Positions 49,901 through 60,530 of a stretch of 64,000 bases of DNA are shown piece by piece (the stretch's first letter is position 1; the number at the start of each line of letters is the position of its first letter). Made by a program: the position numbers and the translations under genes. A model generated the notes under the pieces. It saw only the letters and a list, made by a program, of their open reading frames with translations, was not told the DNA's origin and did not search any database. This stretch comes from Macrostomum lignano (Eukaryota), in the NCBI GenBank assembly GCA_002269645.1, contig NIVC01003311.1:1-64000 (forward strand), given 5' to 3'.

Positions 49901-51011
49901 TCGAGCAATCGTGCTGGAGGTACTGGCGCTGGCAACAGCGGCTCAACGTACACGACAACAGGAACGGTTGATAAAATACAGACTAATGATACTACTGGAA
50001 GTAAAAAGAGCGTTCTGAGTAGCAGCGTGGGATATCAGGTAAGAAATATCAGATAATTTTGGAGTTGGCAGTCACTGAATGCAAATCCCAAGTGAAGTGC
50101 AAAGAATATGTTCAGTTAAATTTCAATTTGGGCTTTAGAGGTTACTGAGGTCATTGAGTGTCGCTAAAAAGGATTGGGTTTTTAGAGGTCATTTATACAT
50201 CAAAAGGGATTTTTAAAGGTCGCTGACTGGCACTAAATAATTGGGTTATAGGTCACTTAGGGTCACTAGAAGTTACTGCATGTAACTTAGAATCTGGTTA
50301 AAGGTCACTTAAGGTCACTAGAGGTCACTGAATGTCACTTAAAGAATCGGGTTAAAGATCATTTAAGGTCACTGGAGGTCACTTAAGAATTGGTTTAAAG
50401 GTCACTAGAGGTCACTTAAGAATCGGTTTAAAGGTCACTTAAGCTCTAGAGGTCACTGAAGGTCACTAGAGGTCACTGAAGGTCACTAGAGGTCACCGGA
50501 GATCACTGAATGTTATCGTAAGCTTCCAAGCTAACTTAATCCCAAAAAACTTGCAATTCTCCCCCCCCCCTCCCAACAGGGGTGCGTTCGCCTCCTTGCC
50601 CAGATCGGCAGGCAGCGGGCCACCTGGCGCGGTGGCATCGCGTCCACCCCGATTCCGCCTGTAGAATCCGCCGCAGCCAAAATCCTGGCCTCCGGTAACC
50701 TCGCCGCTGCACGTCGCCGGCCTCAACAACAACAGCAGCAACTGCAGGGCCGGATTGGAAAGCGGACTTCGCCGCTGGCAGTTAAAGCTAATAATGATTC
50801 TGGTCGATGCCGACACAGGAATCAGTCGAATAGAGCCGCTAGCAAGGTGCAGCAGCTTGGCAATGTTGAACAGGCGCCTATAGTTGCTAGGCTGACTCTG
50901 TCTCCTAGAGGTTGTCGAGTTGTGCAGCAGCAGCAGCAGCATCAGGAGCCGGATGAGCCAACTGGTCATCGTCGCTTTCCTGCTCCAAGAATGAGGCTTG
51001 CAATTCCTTGA
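40931..51011 (+). CDS. NADSYN1: Glutamine-dependent NAD+ synthetase; exons 40931-41307, 42052-42637, 44802-45014, 46540-46731, 47534-47694, 48516-49119 (conserved, 711 codons) plus predicted 49880-50038 and 50580-51011
   Basis: Nitrilase triad motifs [20 protein letters not shown]; PP-loop LPLSGGIDS; [15 protein letters not shown]; [33 protein letters not shown]; PTAELEP; [12 protein letters not shown]. All junctions GT-AG and phase compatible. The last two exons are less certain. Confidence 0.95.
41325..41945. repeat. Intronic 34 bp minisatellite (gaagtatctgaatagaagcgatcagaccctccct), NADSYN1 intron 1
   Basis: gaagta recurs at 41451 and 41485. Confidence 0.95.
42655..44680. repeat. Intronic ~24 bp minisatellite (gagattggggtgagatagatacgt), NADSYN1 intron 2
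   Basis: About 2 kb array starting immediately after the donor at 42638. Confidence 0.97.
45035..46490. repeat. Intronic 62 bp dimeric minisatellite (two related ~31 bp gcgcgc-containing subunits), NADSYN1 intron 3
   Basis: 62-nt period between lines 45061 and 45121. Confidence 0.95.
46870..47510. repeat. Intronic 47 bp minisatellite (tgtgatttgatgggataaatcgatttctaatcacaaaaatccccatt), NADSYN1 intron 4
   Basis: tgtgat recurs at 46921 and 46968. Confidence 0.95.
47715..48425. repeat. Intronic 30 bp minisatellite (gggatgagaatgggatctcgggagagattt), NADSYN1 intron 5
   Basis: 30-nt period; accounts for ORF 47898..48458. Confidence 0.95.
49180..49845. repeat. Intronic 16 bp minisatellite (ccaagtaaccgggtaa), NADSYN1 intron 6
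   Basis: Directly visible; accounts for the - strand LPGYLVT ORFs. Confidence 0.95.
50190..50510. repeat. Degenerate ~10 bp repeat (ggtcactaga / ggtcacttaa), predicted NADSYN1 intron 7
   Basis: Repeated ggtcact cores visible. Confidence 0.8.
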
Positions 51012-51042
51012 ATGCCAGGTGTTAGTCCTGTATAGTTTTTAA

Positions 51043-51093
51043 ACTAATGAGATGACGAGGCCTGTCTGTCATAGTTACTCCCGCCGTTTACCC
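51043..51093 (-). other. 28S rRNA-derived module, copy C, with the central R2/I-PpoI site replaced
   Basis: Reverse complement GGGTAAACGGCGGGAGTAACTATGAC-agacag-GCCTCGTCATCTCATTAGT: 26/26 and 18/19 matches to the recalled 28S flanks; central 19 nt replaced by 6 nt. Confidence 0.88.
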
Positions 51094-52096
51094 ACCTGAT
51101 CGTGTCAACCAAGTTAGTTAGTTTTCTCTTGATATTAATCACTTTTTAACACCAGTTTTCTCTATAGAAAATATTTTTATTCATCTATCTAGTTTTAGAT
51201 AGCTTTTTAACTTTTAAAAATCTTCATTCGTTTTCATTCTAGTTAGTGAATATGACCTTTTGACTGTTAAATTAGCTATATTTGGCTTTCTTTTTTCACT
51301 TTGAATCGATTCGCGTTACTTGTTACTTACAGTAGAATGCAGTATCAAATTGTTTTTATTCGTCCTTTTGAGCTCGTAGATTTGATCCTGTTCTTGCGTC
51401 TAATTTATACCTTCTGTCTTTAGCTAAATATACAGAAAATCAAAGTTAACGGCTTATTTTGATCTTTCGTCATTTAATTAGGTCAGTAGAAAGAATCCGT
51501 TGAGAAGCATGCCTTGGTTGGGATTCTGAGTAGGGTAGCAACTTAGCGGTGAACGAGTCTGACTCTAGCGCTACAACCTTCGCCATGGTGTCTTGCACCC
51601 TGGCGCACTTTAAGCGACAATTGCCACACAACCGGCGTGAGGCATTGACTCCCCTGAGCAGGCACACATGTGCGCGGATACGTACGCAGTCATACGCACA
51701 GGCACACACTCACACAGGAGTGTACATCGGCCCTAACTTTATCATTGAGGTTGTACAACCGAGATTGCAATTTAGCCCCCAAATTAATGAGACTGCACTT
51801 GGAATCGAGCCTGGGCCGCTGGCACATCAGAGCACCGCGCTGGAACAAAAGAAAGAAATATTTCAGCTGCTAGTTTGAATAATCAGTTTTGCTTAATATA
51901 GTTAATTTTTCATCTTTTTTGTCATTTCTGACAGACCAGTGCCATGTAGTTCGCTCCCACTTACTGATTGATCTTGTCTTCCCTTCCATATTTTGGGCTG
52001 AGTTGATCAAATCACTTCTTTTACGCTTCAAAAGAAGAAAAAGCCTGCATTGCTTGCAAAAAAGATTGATTAAGCATAAAAGAAGCAGAGCAGACA

Positions 52097-54493
52097 ATGG
52101 CCCTGCCGCCAATGAATCACTATCGACAGGGCATGGGCCTCGGCATGAGCGGCGGAGGCGCCGGTGTCGGTATGGGCGGCGTCGGCAGCATCGGCGGTGG
52201 CATGGGCGGCACCCTCGGCCGTAAGCGAGTCCAAGTCAGCTACGTGATTCGCGATGAAATTGAAAAGTACAATCGATTCGGCGTGAACTCGTTGCAGTTC
52301 GACCCCGTACAGAACCGCCTGTTCACAGCCGGTCGGGATAGCATAATTCGGATCTATAATACCGCCAATCCCGATGAGCCTTACCTGCAGTCTATGGAGC
52401 ATCACACAGACTGGGTTAATGACATTGTACTCTGTTGCAGTAGAAAAAATCTCATCAGCTGTTCCTCCGATACTACAGTGAAAGTTTGGAATAGTTCCAG
52501 AGGCTTCTGCATGTCAACATTGCGCACGCACAAAGACTACGTGCGAGCGCTTGCTTATGCTAAGCACAAAGAGTTAGTAGCTTCAGCCGGACTGGATAAA
52601 GCAATCTACATTTGGGATGTGAATGTTTTAACAGCATTAACTGCCAGTAATAACACTGTTACTACTAGTAGTCTAGCTGGTAATAAAGACAGTATTTACA
52701 GTCTGGCAATGAACCATAGCGCCACAATGATTGTGTCAGGTAGTACAGAGAATGTCTTGCGAATCTGGGATCCCAGATCCTGTCAGAAGCAGTGCAAACT
52801 TCGCGGTCACACTGACAATGTTCGCGCGATTGTAATTAGCAATGACGGCTCTAGGATATTGAGCGGCTCCTCTGACGGCACTATTAAGCTGTGGTCTGTG
52901 GGGGAGCAGCGCTGTATATGGACCTTTTATGGCCATACTGCAGGCGTCTGGACTTTGCAGGCCAACGAAGCCTTCAATACGTTGTACTCTTCGGGCAAGG
53001 ATGCTCAAGTCTTGGCTTGGGATCTCGTCGATAATCAGAAGCCCTGCCGGCTAATCTGTCAGGAGGACTGTCCGGTGCTGAAGGTGCTGCTAGTTGAAGA
53101 GGCTCAACAGCCGCATTTGTGGATATCAACAACTAATACCAATGTGAAGCGCTGGCCATTGCCTTCATTACCGTTCCAGCATAGCCAGCACGTTTCTAAC
53201 CGTCAGAATCAACATCCGGCTATGACGTCATCGACTAATAACGCTTCCGGCAACGCTGTTGGTCAAACAACTGCCGCATTCTCAGATCTCACCAATTCTT
53301 CAGCCTCTGGCTCGGCATCTGCGTCCGCCTCTGCATCCGCCGCCGCCTCTCCCGATGGCGACAAAACGCCGCCTTCACTTCCGCCTCCTCCTATGCCGCC
53401 GCCGCCTCCGCCTTTGCAGCAGCCGCAGCAGCCGCCTCTATCGCCAAAACCGAATTTCTGCATCACTGGCGGCAGCTGTATTCGTCAATATCATATTAGC
53501 AACGATAAACGCTTCCTTTTAACTAAAGATTCCAACGATTGCGTTGCACTGTACGATGTAGTGCTAGTCCGCAAACTGCAGGACCTTCCTCCGGGTAGTT
53601 TTGATCAGCGAGTGGCCGATATGACAGCTAAGAGAGTCTTTGTACCCAGCTGGTTCTCCGTTGACTTGAAAACTGGCCTACCAATGATTCATCTGGAAGA
53701 GCAGGACTGCTTTAGCGCCTGGGTCAGTCAGAGAGACAGCGGCATAGCTGTTGACAGTCTGCCGAGAGAACCGCAAGTGGCTGGCGGGGTGGCACAACCA
53801 GATTCAAAGATCAACTACGGCGGTTTAGTACTACAAGCCCTGTTTGAGCACTGGCCACCTACTCGAGTGCGCAAAGAGGACGGCGGATACACCAGGGCTA
53901 ACATGTACTTCTCTGTGCCTCAGCACACGCCGGTAGTGCTAAGCGAGTCAACTGGGAGGACTCTGTTCCGACTGCTGGTTAGAGACAGCGGGGGTGAATC
54001 GGAGAACTCAATTCTCAACGAGACAGTGCCAGCATGGATTACAGACATTCTAATCGAAAAGAATCTGCCAAAGTACATCAAAATCTCTTTCTATTTAAAT
54101 CCATATCCGTCGTCTAGCGTGAAAAGTTTACGCAAAGATCGACTTAGTGCCAACGATATGCTGCAGATACGCAAAGTGGCGGAGCACGTTGTAGAGATGT
54201 GGCGCACTGAGAGCTTGCCACCAGGGGCGCCGCCGCCCCCGCTCCCCTATCATCAGCAGCAGCAGCAGCAGCCGCCTCCGCACTCCACGAATCAAGCAGC
54301 TTCATCTGATGCGGCTACAGGCGATCAGCAGCAGAAACCGGCTGAAGAATTAGTCGAAATTCTTATTAACGATACGGTCTTGGATCCTAATATGGACCTG
54401 AGAACAGCCAAGCATTTCTATTGGAAGAGTGGCGGCGATCTAGTTCTGTTCTTTCGGCGTAGGGACGATCGGAAACACGCTAACCGGAAGTGA
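52097..54493 (+). CDS. WDR48: WD repeat-containing protein 48 (UAF1, USP1-associated factor 1), 798 aa, single coding exon
   Basis: [111 protein letters not shown] are WDR48 hallmarks; AATAAA near 54531. Confidence 0.97.
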   Translation: MALPPMNHYRQGMGLGMSGGGAGVGMGGVGSIGGGMGGTLGRKRVQVSYVIRDEIEKYNRFGVNSLQFDPVQNRLFTAGRDSIIRIYNTANPDEPYLQSMEHHTDWVNDIVLCCSRKNLISCSSDTTVKVWNSSRGFCMSTLRTHKDYVRALAYAKHKELVASAGLDKAIYIWDVNVLTALTASNNTVTTSSLAGNKDSIYSLAMNHSATMIVSGSTENVLRIWDPRSCQKQCKLRGHTDNVRAIVISNDGSRILSGSSDGTIKLWSVGEQRCIWTFYGHTAGVWTLQANEAFNTLYSSGKDAQVLAWDLVDNQKPCRLICQEDCPVLKVLLVEEAQQPHLWISTTNTNVKRWPLPSLPFQHSQHVSNRQNQHPAMTSSTNNASGNAVGQTTAAFSDLTNSSASGSASASASASAAASPDGDKTPPSLPPPPMPPPPPPLQQPQQPPLSPKPNFCITGGSCIRQYHISNDKRFLLTKDSNDCVALYDVVLVRKLQDLPPGSFDQRVADMTAKRVFVPSWFSVDLKTGLPMIHLEEQDCFSAWVSQRDSGIAVDSLPREPQVAGGVAQPDSKINYGGLVLQALFEHWPPTRVRKEDGGYTRANMYFSVPQHTPVVLSESTGRTLFRLLVRDSGGESENSILNETVPAWITDILIEKNLPKYIKISFYLNPYPSSSVKSLRKDRLSANDMLQIRKVAEHVVEMWRTESLPPGAPPPPLPYHQQQQQQPPPHSTNQAASSDAATGDQQQKPAEELVEILINDTVLDPNMDLRTAKHFYWKSGGDLVLFFRRRDDRKHANRK

Positions 54494-54829
54494 AGAGCAA
54501 AGTAGATTATCTTAAACGCGTCTACGGTTCAATAAATATAAATTTATAAATTGTTTCTTCAACTCAGCTATAGTCAAACTGTTTGAATCACTATGCGTTG
54601 TTTAGCTAAAAGGAATCAGACACAAACACTTATCATTAAGCCTGTATTGTACGCGTCTATTTGTCATTTTTAATGCAAACGAACGTTATGACTTATAGTT
54701 AGCTTAGTTTCTACCTTATTGCCACATTTTCACTAGTTTTAATATATTCAATTATAATTTGCTAGCGCCTTGTTCAACATTAGGTGAACTGTATCTAAAG
54801 TAACTATGGTAATTTAAAGTATCTTCGGC

Positions 54830-55060
54830 TATTCTAAAGTGTCTAAGGGAAATTCTAAAGTGTCCATGGCAATTCTAAAGTGTCTATGGCAATTCTAAAG
54901 TGTCTATGGCAATTCTAAAGTGTCTATGGCAATTCTAAAGTGTCTATGGCAACTCTAAAGTGTCTATGGCAACTCTAAAGTGTCTATGGCAATTCTAAAG
55001 TGTCTATGGCAACTCTAAAGTGTCTATGGCAACTCTAAAGTGTCTATGGCAATTCTAAAA
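54830..55060. repeat. 20 bp minisatellite (ctaaagtgtctatggcaatt)
   Basis: Directly visible. Confidence 0.95.
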
Positions 55061-55979
55061 CATCTAGAGTGCTTTTCAGTACTACTGGGGCGATTCTAAA
55101 GTACCCGAAGAGATATTTCACGATGCCTCATAAATTAGTTTGTAATGCTACATGATAAAGTAACGAAGTGACTGATTTATTTCTTGAAACATTAATTTAT
55201 TATATTTATATTGATTCTTATACTTAAAATAGCACTTATTTTCATTTCATACAATTCAGTATATTATAGTTTATAATTTTTAAAAAAATCGTGTTTTTTT
55301 AATAAAGCATATAAAGCTGTGATGAATGCCTAATACAATAATTTATTTAATTCATTTCTTATAGCAAATTAACAAGTCCGCTCCGTCACGACTCTCGTGC
55401 ATCATTCTGTTTTGTTTTTTAAGCTGCCAGAAATGATTAGTTGAAAAAATTGGCCACTGTCAAAAAGTATTCATCTATTTCACCTGAATATAATAATTAT
55501 TCAATTAACTACTACTGATTTCTATTACTATGAGTAGTCTCGTCTGTTTCCAAAGGCAACCTTATATCTTCCACACTTAATATGCTAATTTTATTGCTAG
55601 GCGAATTAATTCATCAGCTTATTAGTTTTTTCATTAGCTATAAAATTTCAATGAAAATAATTATTATTTGTATGCATATATTTAATGATTAACTTCAACA
55701 GTTGTGCGCGATGCTTTGATATGAACTATTTTCATTTTTACTTCCTGTTTCTCCTGTGTCCAGACTTGAACTGTAATTCAATATTTCAACAAGCCTGTAA
55801 ACGTTATTATTATTCGCGTACAATATTGAAATTGTCTCTAAGTTTGCGTAATTTTTTTTGCTGCAAGACTCGAAATATAACTGACATTGCCATACACATT
55901 GACTGCATAGCCCAACACAAGCAGCTGTTTGATCTGCCTTTTTATGCATAACTGCTTAGTTTACTCCGTTTGCTTGATA

Positions 55980-56590
<611 letters not shown>

Positions 56591-56685
56591 GTGTCTTCTC
56601 CGCACACAGCTTTAATTGTCAAAGCCCAACTATCAGGCGTTATGTTTTTGACTTGAGCACCAACGCCACTGCTCAATCACCGTTG

Positions 56686-58288
56686 ATGTGGCCGCACCTT
56701 CTGTCGCGCGTCGGCCTTCCGTGCGCCGCTCTTGGCGCCGCTGCCGCAGCTCTGGTGTCGCAGTCGCACAGCTCGCCTTCTCCATCCCAGTCCGATGGTC
56801 GATCAGACTGCAGCTCGAATCGTTTCTGTAAGCCGCTGCTGGCTGGTGCAGCCTCCGCTGCCACTGCCGCACCTTTGACTGCGGCCGCTCCGATCTACAT
56901 CAACCCGCTGCCCAGTGTTGACGCCTCTCCGGACTCTCTGCATAGCAACCTGCGCTGCTGCGGCCCCGCTGTGCCGGTCAGCGGAGCCAAATGGAACCGG
57001 AACTGGGATGCTATGGAGGGCCAGGCTGGCAGTCAGGTGCGGCACATTGTGCTGATTAGGCACGGCAGGTACAGCCTGGCCAGCAGTCACCTGGACGATA
57101 TGGGTAGGAAGCAGGTGAGTGGGATTTTAGGCTCCTAGTTGCTGGGCTACCGCCCTCCCAGATCCTCAATTGCTGGGCCAGCCTCCCAGATCTTCAGTTG
57201 CTGGGCCAGCCTCCCAGATCCTCAGTAGCTGGGCCAGCCTCCCAGATCCTCAATTGCTGGGCCAGCCTCCCAGATCCTCAGTTACTGGGCCAGCCTCCCA
57301 GATCCTCAGTTGCTGGGCCAGCCTCCCAGATCCTCAGTTGCTGGGCCAGCCTCCCAGATCCTCAGTTGCTGGGCCAGCCTCCCAGATCCCCAGTTGCAGG
57401 GCCAGCCTCCCAGATCCCCAGTTGCTGGGCCAGCCTCCCAGATCCTCAGTTGCTAGGCCAGCCTCCCAGATCCTCAGTTGCTAGGCCAGCCTCCCAGATC
57501 CCCAGTTGCTGAGCCAGCCTCCCAGATCCTCAGTTGCTGGGCCAGCCTCCCAGATCCCCAGTTGCTGGGCCACCCTCCCAGATCCTCAGTTGCTGGGCCA
57601 GCCTCCCAGATCCTCAGTTGCTGGGCCAGCCTCCCAGATCCTCAGTTGCTAGGCCAGCCTCCCAGATCCCCAGTTGCTGGGCCAGCCTCCCAGATCCCCA
57701 GTTGCCGAGGCGAGTTACGCGCACAGAATCCCAGACTGACTGAGTGACTTTCTTTTTCAGGCCGACCTTCTCGGCATCCGCCTGGCCGAACTGCACGCCA
57801 AACACGGCATCGCTCGGCTGATGTCGTCAAATTCAACCCGAGCGGTGGAGACGTCGGAGCTGGCTATGCGGCACCTGCCCCACCTGAATGGCAAGCGCGC
57901 TGAGGACCCCATGCTGCGCGAGATCGGCTGCCCCTGCCCGCCAGAGCCGCCCATGAACAACTACAGAGCGGAGTACCGCTACCACGAAGGCTCTGCCTTG
58001 GCCGAGGCCGCCTTTCGTCGACATATTCATCGGTCAAGTCGAAGCGACGAAGCTCAAATAGTTGCCAACGGGGCCAAACTCGAAGTGATCGTTTGTCACG
58101 CCAACGTCATTCGATATTTCATCTGTCGAGCGTTGCAGTTCCCGCCGGAGGCCTGGCTTCGATTCTCATTGGATCATTGTTCGATTACTTGGCTGAGCAT
58201 TTTCCCTAGCGGGGAGGTCTGCTTGAGATCATTTAGCGACTCCGGCTACTTGCCGAAGCGATGCGTCACCAGCATGAACGCTGACTGA
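56686..58288 (+). CDS. PGAM5: Mitochondrial Ser/Thr/His phosphatase PGAM5, copy 1, ~318 aa; exons 56686-57114, 57761-58288
   Basis: Hydrophobic N-terminus, WNRNWD (WDxNWD motif), HIVLIRHG, SSNSTRAVET, LRE, AEAAFRRHIHR, IVCHANVIRYFICRALQFPPEAWLRFSLDHCSIT; phase-0 GT-AG intron. Confidence 0.93.
57140..57705. repeat. Intronic 28 bp minisatellite (ttgctgggccagcctcccagatcctcag)
   Basis: Fills PGAM5 copy 1 intron 57115-57760. Confidence 0.95.
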
Positions 58289-58899
58289 GATTTGACTGAG
58301 TGACTCTTGTGACTTTTTAACGTAATGCGACTGTTGAGTCACGTGAGTTGCAGAATCGTAAAACTAGTCGCAGAAAAAGTCATCATAGTTGCGAAATACG
58401 ATTCTAATTCACAAGGTTAGCGCGGTGATTCTACAACGCGACTTCAGCACGCCTCAGAAGCGCCCAGAGTCGTTTCAGTTTCAATTTGACCCTTAGGCGA
58501 CTCTTTTGACGACTTTTTATATAGTCCTCAAAGAGTCCCTTCTTTCCTATTTCACCTGTGTTACCTGCAACGACTTTGGGACGCTTCTTGACCTAGGTAC
58601 CGGTTCAATCGGGTCCGCATGGACAGGTGGAACGGGGAGTCAATTATAATTGGTCTATGTCTATGCAGTTTAACGTTCTTACATGTATGTTCTTTGTTGT
58701 TGTTTTTATAGTACGGCTTGTGCCATCGCGCTAAAAATAGTAATAATTTATAGCTATACTGTTCGCTTTTTGTTTCTTTAAATTTTTAAAAAGTTTTTGA
58801 CTATTTGATGGGTAAAAACGATGGCTAACTGACTTCAAATATCCCTTTGTAGATCTTTTCCTATTGTTCAAATATCCCGTCTCAAAATCTCTTATAATG

Positions 58900-60470
58900 C
58901 TTAAAATCCCCCCCCTCAGAATTCTTCCATTTTTTATATATCCCTATCTCAGAATCTTCCTATAGTTAAAATATCCAGATCTCAGAATCTCCCAATTTTT
59001 TAAATATCCCCATCTCAGAATTTCCCCATTGCTGAAATATTCCAATTTTAGAATAGCCCTATAGTTAAAAATCCAGATCTCAGAATCTCCCCATTCTTAA
59101 AAATCCCAGTCTCAGACTCCACATTCTTAAGATATCCCCATCTCAAAATCTCCCCATGGTTAAGATATCCCCTTCTCAGAATCTCCCCATTGTTTAAATA
59201 CATCGTATCTCAGAATCTCCCAATTGTTGAAATATCCCCATTTCAGAATCTCCCCATTGTTGAAATATCCCTATATCGGAATCTTCCCATCGTTAAAATA
59301 TACCCATCTCAGAATCTCCCCATTGCTGAAATATTCCAATTTTAGAATAGCCCTATAGTTAAAATATCCAGATCTCAGAATCTCCCCATTCCTAAAAAAT
59401 CCAGTCTCAGACTCCACATTCTTAAGATATCCCCATCTCAAAATCTCCCCATGGTTAAGATATCCCCTTCTCAGAATCTCCCCATTGTTTAAATACATCG
59501 TATCTCAGAATCTCCCAATTGTTGAAATATCCCCATTTCAGAATCTCCCCATTGTTGAAATATCCCTATATCGGAATCTTCCCATCGTTAAAATATCCCC
59601 ATCTCAGAATCTCCCCATTGCTGAAATATTCCAATTTTAGAATAGCCCTATAGTTAAAATATCCAGATCTCAGAATCTCCCCATTCCTAAAAAATCCAGT
59701 CTCAGACTCCACATTCTTAAGATATCCCCATCTCAAAATCTCCCCATGGTTAAGATATCCCCTTCTCAGAATCTCCCCATTGTTTAAATACATCGTATCT
59801 CAGAATCTCCCAATTGTTGAAATATCCCCATTTCAGAATCTCCCCATTGTTGAAATATCCCTATATCGGAATCTTCCCATCGTTAAAATATTCCCATCTC
59901 AGAATTTCCCCATTGCTGAAATATTCCAATTTTAGAATAGCCCTATAGTTAAAATATCCAGATCTCAGAATCTCCCCATTCTTAAAAATCCCAGTCTCAG
60001 ACTCCACATTCTTAAGATATCCCCATCTCAAAATCTCCCCATGGTTAAGATATCCCCTTCTCAGAATCTCCCCATTGTTTAAATACATCGGATCTCAGAA
60101 TCTCCCAATTGTTGAAATATCCCCATTTCAGAATCTCCCCATTGTTGAAATATCCCTATATCGGAATCTTCCCATCGTTAAAATATTCCCATCTCAGAAT
60201 TTCCCCATTGCTGAAATATTCCAATTTTAGAATAGCCCTATACCGGTAGTTAAAATATCCAGATCTCAGAATCTCCCCATTCCTAAAAAATCCAGTCTCA
60301 GACTCCACATTCTTAAGATATCCCCATCTCAAAATCTCCCCATGGTTAAGATATCCCCTTCTCAGAATCTCCCAATTGTTGAAATATCCCCCATCTCAGA
60401 ATCTCCCCATTGCTGAAATATCCCGATCTCAGAATCTCCCCGTCTTAAAATATCCCCCTCTCTCATACTC
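58900..60470. repeat. ~30 bp minisatellite (aaatatccccatctcagaatctccccattg) with a 295 bp higher-order period
   Basis: Near-identical ORFs at 59271, 59566 and 59861 are exactly 295 nt apart. Confidence 0.95.
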
Positions 60471-60530
60471 TTCCCATTCCTGAACTATCCCAGGTTCCTG
60501 GAAACTAACCAGCCAAATAAAATCGAATGC

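Noticed and set aside
30925-51093. Calling the 28S-like segments rRNA genes or snoRNA guides
   Set aside because: Only ~50-64 nt match, with no surrounding rDNA. The TGATGA in copies A and B derives from a CpG change in the rRNA complement and has no matching D box.
51797-51846. tRNA-like fragment on the - strand (ggctcgattcc box B-like)
   Set aside because: No box A or complete cloverleaf; at most a decayed SINE head.
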